Both the position numbers and the translations under genes were made by a program. From the NCBI GenBank assembly GCA_011364925.1, contig RDOA01000003.1:32001-96000 (forward strand): a stretch of DNA of 64,000 nt, given 5' to 3'. Shown one piece after another: positions 18,645 to 28,631 of the stretch. The notes beneath the pieces are model-generated. The model did no database searches. It was given only the letters and a program-made list of their open reading frames with translations, and had not been told where the DNA came from. The stretch's first letter is position 1. Every line of letters begins with the position of its first letter. Source of the DNA: Promethearchaeota archaeon. GTDB lineage: Archaea; Asgardarchaeota; Lokiarchaeia; Sigyniarchaeales; SOKP01.

Positions 18645-20351
18645 ATGATAATTAATTCGAGTTTAAAAAGAATGACACTAGCGTTAGTCAAAGTATCGTG
18701 TATTAACGATCGCCTAATCCCTTTAGGTTTGGCGTGTTTACAGGCGTATTTGAAGCAACAGACACAACCAGTTCGCGTTTTTAACTTCAGGACTTCGAAT
18801 TACACTTTGCCAAAAGTGATGTTCGATCCTCTCATTCAATTAGATTTAACAGATTTCATTATGAACCATCAAGACTTTCCAATAATGATTCCCCTCGTGG
18901 ACGATCTCCTTCGAAATCTTCGACCTAACTTTGAGGAAGGCGTATATCCTGAGATCGTGAAAGATTATTCTAAGAGGATGTTCGAAGCTCCGGAAACGAC
19001 CATAAAGCGTTTTGAAGCGATGATGAAGTATTGTAAGAGTACTGTTCTAGAAGAATTAAAAGAATATGATATAATTGCATTTTCGGTGAATTACCTTAAC
19101 ATTTTGGAAACAGTGATTTCTTCTTGCTTCTTAAAGCAACATAATCCAGACTGTATAATCGTTTGGGGCGGACCCTCCATCACTCAATCCTTTGAAGCGT
19201 ACAAGCTTTTTTTGAGGAGAAGAATATGTAATGGCCTTGTAATTGGAGAAGGAGAAAATCCGTTATTAGAAATTGCAAAAGGAACGGAGTTAACCAAAAT
19301 AAAGGGCGTAATGACCTTAGATCACCAACAAAATTATAGTTATTCACCTGGAATTCAACTTGATTTAGATACACTTCCTACTCCCGATTACACCGATATC
19401 CCATTAGATACCTATTATCAAATTGCTTCAACCTATAGATCGCGTGGGTGTACAAATAGGTGTCAATTTTGTGCCGAGTGGAAGCTCTTCGGTCCGCGTT
19501 TTAGAATTCGGTCAGTAGAAAAAGTAGTCCAAGATATAGAGATCATCGTGCGAACATTTAAACCGAGGTTCATGTTGTTTGGAGAGTCGTTAATCAACGA
19601 TAATCTCGAATATTTTGAGCAACTTTGCGATCAACTTATAGAAAAGCACTTAAATATCAAGTTTGGAACTCATTTTCGAGCCAACATTACTCCGAGCCTC
19701 GCTAGAAAGGCAAAATTAGCGGGATTTGAGGACGCGTGGGTGGGACTCGAAGCGTTCTCAGATTCGGAACTTAAAGAAATGAATAAAGGAACCAGCGTTA
19801 ACCATAACATGGAAACCATTGAAAACCTAACTCAGGCGGGTGTAAACGTGCTCGCGATGCTTGTTGTAGGTTATAGCGATTACGAGAACGAGATAGCCAA
19901 CTGTAACAATGTGATCCGAACGATAGAACACTTCTCTAAACAATATTACGTTGATCTGAAGGGAATTGAGCGTCCGCTTCCGATTCAATTTCGTCCAGCA
20001 CCAATGTATATCGTCCCTGGTTCATTTGATTACCAAGCGAAAAAAGGTACCGCGACATTTCCGTGGATATGTGCTTTTAAGAGTCAGAAGAACACACAAC
20101 AGATTACTGAATTAGAAAAAGAGTTAAGTGATATACCTTATTCGTTTGACCGTCCGATATCTAAGGACCAAATAGTAAGTTTTATGGCGCAAATTCAAGA
20201 CGCTGATAGAAATGCCGGTTTTATGATTGGTGGCGTTATGAAATATGCGATCGAATACACTATGGAAATGAGGAGAAAGAACCGTCAGAATCGAAAAACT
20301 GAAAGAATAGGAATATCAGCTCAGAGATTCGAAGCGAAAGTCAAACATTAA
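18645..20351 (+). CDS. Cobalamin-binding radical SAM enzyme
   Basis: PLGLACLQAYL, WGGP, GEGE, LPTPDY, SRGCTNRCQFC. Confidence 0.9.
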   Translation: MIINSSLKRMTLALVKVSCINDRLIPLGLACLQAYLKQQTQPVRVFNFRTSNYTLPKVMFDPLIQLDLTDFIMNHQDFPIMIPLVDDLLRNLRPNFEEGVYPEIVKDYSKRMFEAPETTIKRFEAMMKYCKSTVLEELKEYDIIAFSVNYLNILETVISSCFLKQHNPDCIIVWGGPSITQSFEAYKLFLRRRICNGLVIGEGENPLLEIAKGTELTKIKGVMTLDHQQNYSYSPGIQLDLDTLPTPDYTDIPLDTYYQIASTYRSRGCTNRCQFCAEWKLFGPRFRIRSVEKVVQDIEIIVRTFKPRFMLFGESLINDNLEYFEQLCDQLIEKHLNIKFGTHFRANITPSLARKAKLAGFEDAWVGLEAFSDSELKEMNKGTSVNHNMETIENLTQAGVNVLAMLVVGYSDYENEIANCNNVIRTIEHFSKQYYVDLKGIERPLPIQFRPAPMYIVPGSFDYQAKKGTATFPWICAFKSQKNTQQITELEKELSDIPYSFDRPISKDQIVSFMAQIQDADRNAGFMIGGVMKYAIEYTMEMRRKNRQNRKTERIGISAQRFEAKVKH

Positions 20352-20409
20352 TATTGTTTATTCTAAACACCGTACTAAAAATTTAAATAAGAAGCATTCA
20401 ATTTCAAAC

Positions 20410-20820
20410 TTGGTTACAAAAATGTCGAATCCAACAAAAGAAGATGCAGCATTATTACTTCAATTAATGTCGTATTTTGCTGCGAATGAAAAAAATAGTC
20501 TAGCCTCCGACTGGGTTTACGAAAAATTTAGCGAAAAGAGCTATGATGATTTCAAAACCAAGTATCCGCCTGGGAGTGAAGGATATAAAAACGTAATGCG
20601 AGTAGCTAGTAATGGGGAGCTTATCGGCATGCTCGTTAACAAAGATCTTCTCAGTGAAGATCTAGTCTTTGATTTAATGGGAGCTTTGCTTTGGGAAAAA
20701 TTAGGACCTATTGTTCATGGTATCCGAAAGGACGCAAATATGTCTAGACTTTTCGAAAATTATGAAGTTTGTGCCAAGAAATATCAAGCATGGGCAGATC
20801 AAAATCCTCCTAAAGTTTAG
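20410..20820 (+). CDS. DUF4760-like helical protein
   Basis: ELIGMLVNKDLLSEDLV...WEKLGPIVHGIR...FENYE. Confidence 0.6.
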   Translation: MVTKMSNPTKEDAALLLQLMSYFAANEKNSLASDWVYEKFSEKSYDDFKTKYPPGSEGYKNVMRVASNGELIGMLVNKDLLSEDLVFDLMGALLWEKLGPIVHGIRKDANMSRLFENYEVCAKKYQAWADQNPPKV

Positions 20821-20998
20821 AAAATTAAAATTTTTTACAATTTTTTTTTTAATTGAAAACTATTCTAATTCAACTTAAATAAACGCTAAATTTTCTTTAT
20901 AAGATTGAAAATGTTTATTCTTTCGTTTAATGAATTAATTAAATTTATTAACTGCTATTTTTTTTCAATTATAAAAATGAAGTAGTTGATTTTGCTCT

Positions 20999-21259
20999 AT
21001 GGATCAAATTACTGGTATACTTTCAGCAGAAGTAGTTGGAAAAGGTACTAAATCTGAAGGCCCAAAGTATTTTCTACAACCGTTAGACGATTACGCTACT
21101 AAATGGTCTAAAATACTAGTGAGAAAGCAAGCTCATTTATGGGAAAACGATCGAGTCCTTCACCATTATGTAGGTAAAAAAGTGGTGATTTTAGGCAAGA
21201 TCACTGAAACTAAAAGCACTATAACAGTAGATTATGAGTTCGTGGAAGAAGTAGATTGA
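20999..21259 (+). CDS. Small beta-rich (OB-like) hypothetical protein
   Basis: GKGTKSE...YVGKKVVILGKI. Confidence 0.6.
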   Translation: MDQITGILSAEVVGKGTKSEGPKYFLQPLDDYATKWSKILVRKQAHLWENDRVLHHYVGKKVVILGKITETKSTITVDYEFVEEVD

Positions 21260-21264
21260 GGAAG

Positions 21265-21489
21265 TTATACTTTCATTTTTTCAGTTTTAAGGTACTTGCA
21301 GAAATAATCGTCTTTACGAGCATCGTTTTGTTTAGATTTTCGTTCCCGCAGCACTTCGTTTATCAATTCTACGCTACCTCTTTTTAAAAACATTCGAATA
21401 AATTTTAATTCGTTTACACTGATATTGAGCGTTTGTAAGAATTCGGGATGACGATACTGCCCCCAATCTAAATTACGAATCTTTCTCAT
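21265..21489 (-). CDS. Small basic hypothetical protein
   Basis: ATG 21489 preceded by GAGGT; ATGA overlap with the upstream ORF. Confidence 0.55.
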   Translation of the reverse strand: MRKIRNLDWGQYRHPEFLQTLNISVNELKFIRMFLKRGSVELINEVLRERKSKQNDARKDDYFCKYLKTEKMKV

Positions 21490-21641
21490 GGCGGTAACCT
21501 CTTTTTTATGTATGATCGCATCACAATGTCCCAATATTCAGGACTATAACATCCAGCATCGATTGTGTTCTCAAACGAGTGAAAGTCGCGTTTAAAATCA
21601 TCCCCCTTGATTGGTTCTCTTCCTAATTTAAACTTATAAAT
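21486..21641 (-). CDS. Unannotated 51-aa ORF, probable ATT start
   Basis: (I)YKFKLGREPIKGDDFKRDFHSFENTIDAGCYSPEYWDIVMRSYIKKRLPP; GGTG upstream; TGA overlaps the next ATG. Confidence 0.45.
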   Translation of the reverse strand: MYKFKLGREPIKGDDFKRDFHSFENTIDAGCYSPEYWDIVMRSYIKKRLPP

Positions 21642-21804
21642 TTTAACGCACCATTGACTTGTTTATACTTTCTAAATACCCCTAAACTATTTAAAGGAAA
21701 ATTTGAAAATCGACTATTAGAACAATTTTGACAAAATTTTTTTTTAAATAAAAATAAATCTTTAATTCCTCAATATAATCAAATTTAGTTATCTGAAACC
21801 AATA

Positions 21805-22149
21805 ATGACATGCGAATTTTGCGGTATTTCGCTTAAAGGATCTAGAAAGAAAACTGTCGAGCACATTAACATATCGCAACCACATCAAACTCATCATTTC
21901 TGCTCGTTATCTTGTAAAGATAGATGGTGTTTACAGCTTCAGAGATACAAAGCTCGACTTATAGTTATTTGGTCAATAGGTTCTTATGCAGGAAGGTATT
22001 TTTTCGTGAAGAAACTAATGAAAGTTCGAAGTCCATCTTTGTTAAGCTTAGCAACGAATAGATCTTATTTTAAACCTAAGCTTCAAGAGATTGAATTATT
22101 ACAATTAGTAAATTTACATGATAGAAAGGTATTGAAGGTAAGGGACTGA
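21805..22149 (+). CDS. TRASH/treble-clef zinc-finger protein
   Basis: CEFC...HHFCSLSC. Confidence 0.65.
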   Translation: MTCEFCGISLKGSRKKTVEHINISQPHQTHHFCSLSCKDRWCLQLQRYKARLIVIWSIGSYAGRYFFVKKLMKVRSPSLLSLATNRSYFKPKLQEIELLQLVNLHDRKVLKVRD

Positions 22150-22165
22150 AAGTAAAGAGGATTTT

Positions 22166-22456
22166 TTACTTTCGCGGTTCAATATGCTCAAGAGAAGTAA
22201 GATGACTCATCGAATAATCGTGATATCCGTCATTAGCAGGCGATTTAATACCTTCTGCCCGGATGTAGTGCCCAACGCGTGGTAAAAAACCGTAGGTATT
22301 AATTTTGGAAGAATTCACCAGCACAGAATACATCTCCGTTCCTACTCGAACAGTTAACGACATGTATCCATAAGTATAGCTACGAGAAATTCTTCTTTCG
22401 CCACCCCTAACTTCTACTATTCTTCCTTCGATGGTACTTCTTCCTTTATGAGACAT
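22166..22456 (-). CDS. Small OB-fold-like protein
   Basis: IEGRIVEV...PRVGHYIRAEG pattern. Confidence 0.55.
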   Translation of the reverse strand: MSHKGRSTIEGRIVEVRGGERRISRSYTYGYMSLTVRVGTEMYSVLVNSSKINTYGFLPRVGHYIRAEGIKSPANDGYHDYSMSHLTSLEHIEPRK

Positions 22457-22629
22457 TAATTAATTCACATCAATTTGAAAACTTAATAACAAACAAGAAA
22501 GAAATACTTTTGTTTCATAGTTTAATTGATCATTAGTAGGAACTCCTGAGCATTTCTTGCTTATAGACAGAAAGAAGAAACTGAAATTGGATTTTCAATC
22601 AAAATCCAGTGAAAATTTCAAGATCTTTC

Positions 22630-23034
22630 TTAAAAAAAAGGTCCAAACTTTTCGTAAACGCGAATGAGATTATCGCGGTAGAATTGAATCTTTTCATCAA
22701 GTGGATTTAATTCAACCGCAGTTTTCATTACTTCTTGTGCTTTCTGGAGATCTCCTTTGTCCATATAAGTTAATGTGAGTAACCCCCAAGCTTCTATCAT
22801 AGCGTTGTCTAATTCCGTAGCGGTTTCAAAACTACTAATGGCGATATCTAATTTTCCCATGCGGCGATTTACAATACCTAAATAGAGCCAAGCGTTTTCG
22901 TTTGTAGGATCCTTATCTAATAAGTCGTTTACAGCAGCTAACGCTTTATGGTTTTCCTTATCTGCTAAGAATTTATTGATCTGTTCAATGGCTTGCTTGT
23001 TTTTAATTTCGTCGAGTTCCAAGATATGCTTCAC
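22630..23034 (-). CDS. TPR protein
   Basis: DPTNENAWLYLG, AWGLL, AVELNP repeats. Confidence 0.85.
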   Translation of the reverse strand: MKHILELDEIKNKQAIEQINKFLADKENHKALAAVNDLLDKDPTNENAWLYLGIVNRRMGKLDIAISSFETATELDNAMIEAWGLLTLTYMDKGDLQKAQEVMKTAVELNPLDEKIQFYRDNLIRVYEKFGPFF

Positions 23035-23161
23035 AAATAATTTTTTCCTAATTATAACTTACCCACACTTATTTAAATAGATATAACATACCCTTTTAAA
23101 AAAAAAGAATACGATAGGTATATCACATAGTAAGAAAGATAAAAAGGAGATTAAATTTCCT

Positions 23162-23413
23162 TTAAAATAACGCAGGATGCTTTTTCTCAATGTTATTTAA
23201 GGTAGATACGAGATCGTAAAGGAGTTTTTCGTCTTGGCATTGATTAATTGACTCAGACAATTTATTTAGGAGCGCATTAGCAAGGTTTTTTTCGTATTCC
23301 GTAGGCCGATTTGTTGTTTGCTTAAAAATTTCATCGAACTCTGCTTCAAACCACCGTAACTGTTCCTGGAATTCCTCCTTTTGAAGGTTTTCACTATTGT
23401 AGTTTAGAAACAT
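23162..23413 (-). CDS. Small helical hypothetical protein
   Basis: ATG 23413 after GAGGAG; the longer track start is unlikely. Confidence 0.6.
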   Translation of the reverse strand: MFLNYNSENLQKEEFQEQLRWFEAEFDEIFKQTTNRPTEYEKNLANALLNKLSESINQCQDEKLLYDLVSTLNNIEKKHPALF

Positions 23414-24013
23414 ATGTCTCCTCAACTCACTTTTTTTATAAATTATTGAGCTAAAATAATAGTTATATAACTTATTTAAAAACTTAAGCAAGTCTGCGGG
23501 TTTTCTAATATTTCCTACGACAAACGGGAAAACGAATCGTATCATATTACACTGAAATACGTCGGATCAGACAATTCCAATTATTTAACGATTAGAGCGC
23601 TTGTTCTTAAATTTAACGGGAATAATACTATGAAAGTATTTTTGTCGGGATTCTAAAAAAAAGGAAAAAAAGTAGGTATTGTCGAAATCATATAACCAGT
23701 AAGACACCTATAATACTAATAGTTAAGATTAAAAAGAGATTACCGAAATTTACTGCGATTACGAAAACAACGAATTGGAGAATAAGGGTAAATTGAATAA
23801 CCACTCCTATCTCTTTCACGTAGCACCTATTGGCTAATAAAATCCTAACAACCATGTTGACAACAAATGACAACCGTTATTAACTGTCAAGGAAAAAATT
23901 CTCTTTATTTGTAGCTTCTATCTCTATTACATTAGCTTTATTATATGCATGATTCCTATTGTGGTAAGATTTAAATAGAGAACTAACAAAAATGTATAAT
24001 AGAGGTCGTAATC

Positions 24014-24517
24014 ATGATCGAAAAAGAACCATTTTCTGAGAAGCAAGCTGACGAAAAACTCAGAAGCGAAATTAAGGAAGAAATAAAACGGGAAATGCGA
24101 GAAGAGCAAAGAGTAAAATCAGGGAAATCGAGAAAAACAGCGGGTGTAATTATAAGCGGCGTTGGTGCGATATTATATCTTATTTTTGGATTCTTTCTTT
24201 TAATATTAGGTTCAGGAATGGGAATTATGCGCAACATCGCTATTATGATGTTAATTGCAGGAGGAATTTCAATCACAGGAGTAATAGTAGCAATGTATAA
24301 AGTAAAAATAGGCGGTATAATCACTTTAATCTCAATACCGATCGCTATCGTTATTGGAATAATCTTACAGTTCACGGAACTTCATTACTATTATTATTAT
24401 TACTGGTTATATCTCCTTGAATATATGTTGGCGTATACACCGTATGCATATTTACACGTCATACCTGGTGGAATTATATGTTTAACTGCTAATGACATGG
24501 AAGAAATTAGCCGGTAA
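24014..24517 (+). CDS. Four-TM array protein 1 (charged N-tail, Tyr-rich loop)
   Basis: Paralog of 24743, 25477 and 26208. Confidence 0.85.
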   Translation: MIEKEPFSEKQADEKLRSEIKEEIKREMREEQRVKSGKSRKTAGVIISGVGAILYLIFGFFLLILGSGMGIMRNIAIMMLIAGGISITGVIVAMYKVKIGGIITLISIPIAIVIGIILQFTELHYYYYYYWLYLLEYMLAYTPYAYLHVIPGGIICLTANDMEEISR

Positions 24518-24742
24518 AACGAACTACATATAATTTTTTTATTTTAATTTATTTTTTCCGATTTAGTAAAGTCGTGAGAAATTCTTAGCAGTATTATTTC
24601 CTACTAAGATTGTGAAAGTCAAAAAAATTCTCTTTATTTATAGCTTCTACCTCTATTTCATTAGCTTTATTATATCCATGATACCTATTATGTAAAGATT
24701 TAAATAGAGAACTAACAAAAATGTATAATAGAGGTCGTAATC

Positions 24743-25234
24743 ATGATCGAAAAAAAACCATTTTATGAAGAAGAAGCTGACGAAAAACTCAGAAGCGAAA
24801 TTAAAGAAGAAATAAAAAGGGAATTGAAAGAAGAAAAAAGAGTAAAATCAAGGAAATCGAGAAAAACAGCGGGAATAATTATAAGTGGTGTTGGTGCGAT
24901 ATTATATCTTGTTTTTGGATTCTTTTTTTTAATATTGGGCTCGTCATATGGATATATGCGCGATGCTGCTGTTTCTATGTTGATTGCGGGAGGAATTTCA
25001 ATTGCAGGTATAATAGTAGCATTATATAAAGTAAAAATAGGAGGCATAATCACTTTAATCTCAATTCCGATCGCTATCGTTATTGGAGTAATCTTAATGC
25101 TCATGGAACCTTATTCTTATTATTATTACTGGTTAAATTTCATCCAATACGTAATATTTCCTCTCCCTATTCCGCACTCGTTACACGTCATCCCTGGTGG
25201 AATTATATGTTTAACTGCTAAGGACATAGAATAA
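24743..25234 (+). CDS. Four-TM array protein 2
   Basis: Shared KSRKTAG.IISGVGA, KVKIGGIITLIS.P and LHVIPGGIICLTA. Confidence 0.85.
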   Translation: MIEKKPFYEEEADEKLRSEIKEEIKRELKEEKRVKSRKSRKTAGIIISGVGAILYLVFGFFFLILGSSYGYMRDAAVSMLIAGGISIAGIIVALYKVKIGGIITLISIPIAIVIGVILMLMEPYSYYYYWLNFIQYVIFPLPIPHSLHVIPGGIICLTAKDIE

Positions 25235-25476
25235 AATAGACATCAAAACGATCTAAATATCCTTTTTTTATTTTAATTTATTTTTTCCGATTTAATAAAG
25301 TCGTGAGAAATTCTTAGCAGTATTATATCCTAATAAGATCGTATAAGGCGAAAAATTTCTATTTATTTATAGTTTCTATCTCTATTTCGTTATCTTTATT
25401 TATTATAAGAGAGATTTTCGATGATGTAAACATTTAAATAACCTAACCACAAAGATGTATATCAGAGGTCGTAATC

Positions 25477-25971
25477 ATGAACGAAGGAGAGCCAATTTCT
25501 GAAAATCAAGTTAAAGAAAAACCCAGAAACGAAATCAAAGAAGAAATAAAACGGGAAATGCGAGATGGACAAAGAGAAAAAAAAGGGGAGTCAAGAAAAA
25601 CAGCGGGAATAATTATAAGTGGTGTTGGTGCGGTATTATATCTTGGTTTTGGATTTCTTTTTTTAACTTTGGATTTTGGATATAGTTATTTGCGCAGCTT
25701 CCCTCTTACATTAGTGGTTATTGGAGGAATTTCAATGACAGGAGTAATAGTAGCGCTGTCTAAAGTAAAAATAGGTGGTATAATTACTTTAATTTCGTTG
25801 CCGATTGCATTCGTTATTGGAATCGCCATGGAACCTTATTACTATACCTATTACTCGACGTATCCTCTTCTATATATGTTGATATATGGTACACCATTTG
25901 GGTATTTACATGTCATACCCGGTGGAATTATATGTTTGACTGCTAGCGATGTAGAATTAAGTACCCACTAA
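25477..25971 (+). CDS. Four-TM array protein 3
   Basis: Same scaffold motifs as 24014 and 24743. Confidence 0.85.
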   Translation: MNEGEPISENQVKEKPRNEIKEEIKREMRDGQREKKGESRKTAGIIISGVGAVLYLGFGFLFLTLDFGYSYLRSFPLTLVVIGGISMTGVIVALSKVKIGGIITLISLPIAFVIGIAMEPYYYTYYSTYPLLYMLIYGTPFGYLHVIPGGIICLTASDVELSTH

Positions 25972-26207
25972 ACCAATCTTAATTTCCTTTTTTTACTTTA
26001 ATATACTTCCTTATTAAGTAAACTCGTGAGAAATTCTTAGCAGTAGTATTTCCACGATCTTAAAAGATCTTTATTTATAGTTTTTATTAAGAGTATCAAT
26101 TTTTTATGATAGATTCTTGTCTATCTGATGATCCAGCTTTGTATACTTTTATATAGAGGTTCGACAATAATGTATTATTATACAATAATAATCGGTTATC
26201 AAGGGTA

Positions 26208-26624
26208 ATTCCAATTTCTGAAATTGAAAATCACGTTGAAGAAAAAGTTGAAGAAAAAAAAAAAAGAGAAGTTACTGAAGAATTAACCAAAAAAAAGAGC
26301 GGTGTGCCCATCAAAAAGGTAGCAGCTTTAATTCTAAGCGGTATTGGAGGCGGAATATATCTCTTCGTAGGCATCATGTTTCGAGTCGGATGGTGGAGTT
26401 CTGTTAGCCCAACACTCATAGCTGCCGGGATAATTTCACTGATAGGAACAGGAATAGGAGCAGTAAGAATAAAAATAGGTGGTGTGGTCATTTTGCTTTC
26501 AATTCCGCTTTCTATCCTTATTGGAATTTCTGGTGGGATTTATAGTATTCTTTTTGTATTAATTCCAGTCCCGTTCCCACATTCAATATTGGTTATGATT
26601 GGCGGTATTCTTTGCGAATTCTAA
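26208..26624 (+). CDS. Four-TM array protein 4 (divergent; probable non-canonical start upstream of GTG 26304)
   Basis: In-frame upstream IPISEIENHVEEKVEEKKKREVTEELTKKK matches the charged tails of the paralogs; KIGGVVILLSIP; PVPFPHS. Confidence 0.7.
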   Translation: MPISEIENHVEEKVEEKKKREVTEELTKKKSGVPIKKVAALILSGIGGGIYLFVGIMFRVGWWSSVSPTLIAAGIISLIGTGIGAVRIKIGGVVILLSIPLSILIGISGGIYSILFVLIPVPFPHSILVMIGGILCEF

Positions 26625-26834
26625 AATTAAACAAGTAAAACCGATTATATCATAAATAATTTTTTTTTTTAATCCAATATAACTCCCATTAATTCTTATT
26701 ACAATATGATCGTGAAAGCAGACTTTTACGAAGAAAATCTAATCGCTTATTCTTTTAAGTTTTTTAAAAGAGGGAAGTTTTTATAATCTTCAAGACTCTC
26801 AATCCTTTTAATTTTTGATTTTCATTTTATAAAT

Positions 26835-27314
26835 GTGGACAAAAGGATAAAAGATTCAGCAAATTCATCTACAAAGCATAGTATAGTAGATTATAAAGAA
26901 TGTTAAAAATGTAGAGTATTATATCCAAGCACTTCAGAACATTTCTATAAGAATAAAAATCGTAAAATGGGACTAGATGCATGGTGTAAAAAATGTAAGA
27001 AGGATTATGATCATAAACGACATAAAGTCTATAGATACGGTATAAGTTTACAAAAAGTAAATGAATAAATTGCTGCGCAAGAGAAGAAATGTGCGATATG
27101 TGGACGACTATTTGATGATATTTTTAACACATACAAGGATAAGAATACGATACGCTCTCCGAGAGTTGATCACGACCATAAATCGGGAAAAATTAGAGGA
27201 ATTTTATGCAACCGATGCAATATCCTCTTGGGGTTAGTAAAAGATAGTATATCAATATTATGTAGAGCAATAAATTACCTCAATGAAGAAAGAAAGGAGA
27301 TTAAAAAAAAGTAA
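26835..27314 (+). pseudogene. Recombination endonuclease VII-family nuclease pseudogene
   Basis: Single frame: KEC*KC...WCKKC...YGIS...NE*IAAQEKKCAICG...VDHDHKSGKIRGILCNRCNILLGLVKD...RAINYL. In-frame TAA at 26904 and 27066. Confidence 0.85.
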
Positions 27315-27438
27315 ATTAGATCCTTGTAAACATTTATTAAATTTTAACATAGAAATAGAATTAATATATACAAGCTATGCATAAGTACATATTAAATACC
27401 AATTGTTTGAAATTACAACAAAAGAAAGGTAATTTGTA

Positions 27439-27663
27439 ATGAGAAAGAGAAATATCGCTTTTATTTTGTTTGCCGTTGCGGGAGTTAACCTTCTAACGCT
27501 TCCTATATTAATTCTTATATATACACCGTTATTTGCACAACTTGGATTGCCATCTACCGTTGTAAACAGGGTTATGATGACTGTTGCTATATCTGGAGTA
27601 ATCCCAGCTATCGCCCTCATAATCGCGGGAATAATAGTTCTTATTAAATTTAGAAATACTTGA
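27439..27663 (+). CDS. Small two-TM protein
   Basis: Basic N-terminus and two hydrophobic helices. Confidence 0.65.
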   Translation: MRKRNIAFILFAVAGVNLLTLPILILIYTPLFAQLGLPSTVVNRVMMTVAISGVIPAIALIIAGIIVLIKFRNT

Positions 27664-27729
27664 ATTATTTTTGATTCAAAATTTTTACTTTTTCCTCTTT
27701 ATTATCGATTGAATTACGAATTAGAGGTT

Positions 27730-28473
27730 TCAGTCTTGAAAAAAATCAATGTTAAATTCTTCTAGATCATCTGGCGGCCATGCAGAAGGCGTTTTGGAGT
27801 TTTTTACGAACCTATGGGTGCATAGTGGAGCGCCAAATCCAAGCGTTTTGTCTCGAGAGAAGCCAAATCCTAAACCTTCTGCTTCGTAATAATCCCCTAA
27901 ACAAATTAACGGTAAGTATTTCTCGTCTCCTAATTTCTTATAAGCTTTTTGAACCCCACACTCCGTTATATCCCACCCCCATTCAAACTTTTTGCCATCG
28001 CCTTCCACGAATTCCATAACCCAATCGTCTGGATAAACCCTCAATTGTGTTTCTTGAGTAAGTTTCTTTTGATAATCAACATACACGGGATCAAAAGGAT
28101 ATTGCGAAGGATCTCTTCCCGTGCTTTCTAATAATTCTTTTCTCTTCTTTTGGTCGCATAGGACATAGTGATAGTGAAATTCTCCTATTTCCCTAAACGA
28201 AAGTCCTGCTCTTTCTAATACGCGAAAAACTGCCAAATCAGACATGCATTTGACTAAGACTAGTGTAGTTGGATTCTTCTGTCCTCCTATGTATGGAATA
28301 TCAGGCAGAATTTTCTCGAATTCTTCTCGCATTTGATTTAACAAATCTTCAGTTTTCTTCTCGTCAAATTTCACTTTTAGTTCTGAGCTTACAGCCTTTA
28401 AACGCTCGTTAAAACCATTCATGAATTTAGATTTCTTTTTAACGTAAAAGTCTTCAACAATTTTAGGAGTCAT
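27730..28473 (-). CDS. L-2-amino-thiazoline-4-carboxylate hydrolase-like (V4R-like) protein
   Basis: IPYIGG, DITECG, ICLGDY, RDKTLGFGAPLCTHRF. Confidence 0.8.
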   Translation of the reverse strand: MTPKIVEDFYVKKKSKFMNGFNERLKAVSSELKVKFDEKKTEDLLNQMREEFEKILPDIPYIGGQKNPTTLVLVKCMSDLAVFRVLERAGLSFREIGEFHYHYVLCDQKKRKELLESTGRDPSQYPFDPVYVDYQKKLTQETQLRVYPDDWVMEFVEGDGKKFEWGWDITECGVQKAYKKLGDEKYLPLICLGDYYEAEGLGFGFSRDKTLGFGAPLCTHRFVKNSKTPSAWPPDDLEEFNIDFFQD

Positions 28474-28535
28474 AGTAATTTATGATGAGTTCTTTTTATA
28501 TCAATTTAACTGAGGATCGTTCTCTAGATCTTCTT

Positions 28536-28554
28536 TTCTAGTGTTATACTAGAA
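28536..28554. promoter_or_regulatory. Inverted repeat between divergent genes (candidate operator)
   Basis: TTCTAGT-GTTAT-ACTAGAA. Confidence 0.35.
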
Positions 28555-28631
28555 CAAAATTAAATATTTCAACTCTAATTATTAAGGTATACTTTATTTG
28601 ATAATTCAATCGATCATTAAAAGATGAGTTA

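Larger units (their letters stand above)
23893..26060 (+). repeat. Tandem ~730-bp duplication units (promoter + gene + 3' element)
   Basis: Near-identical upstream blocks (AAAAAATTCTCTTTATTT...TTTAAATA...GAGGTCGTAATC-ATG). An identical 22-mer, TCGTGAGAAATTCTTAGCAGTA, occurs at 24572, 25301 and 26024. Confidence 0.9.

Noticed and set aside
23688-23873. 61-aa hydrophobic ORF, possibly a decayed membrane gene
   Set aside because: Resemblance to the array proteins is too weak and there is no clear RBS
23420-23890. Replication origin in the long intergenic gap
   Set aside because: No recognisable ORB repeats and no adjacent cdc6/orc1
24517-26200. Integron attC cassette array
   Set aside because: No RYYYAAC...GTTRRRY-bounded hairpins, no integrase in the window, and the genes are paralogs with their own promoters
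24014-26624. Diversity-generating retroelement behind the variable loops
   Set aside because: No reverse transcriptase or template repeat seen; the differences include indels and are not adenine-specific
26835-27314. TAA recoding that would make the endonuclease VII intact
   Set aside because: TAA terminates many neighbouring genes, and the two positions would probably need different residues; point mutation is simpler
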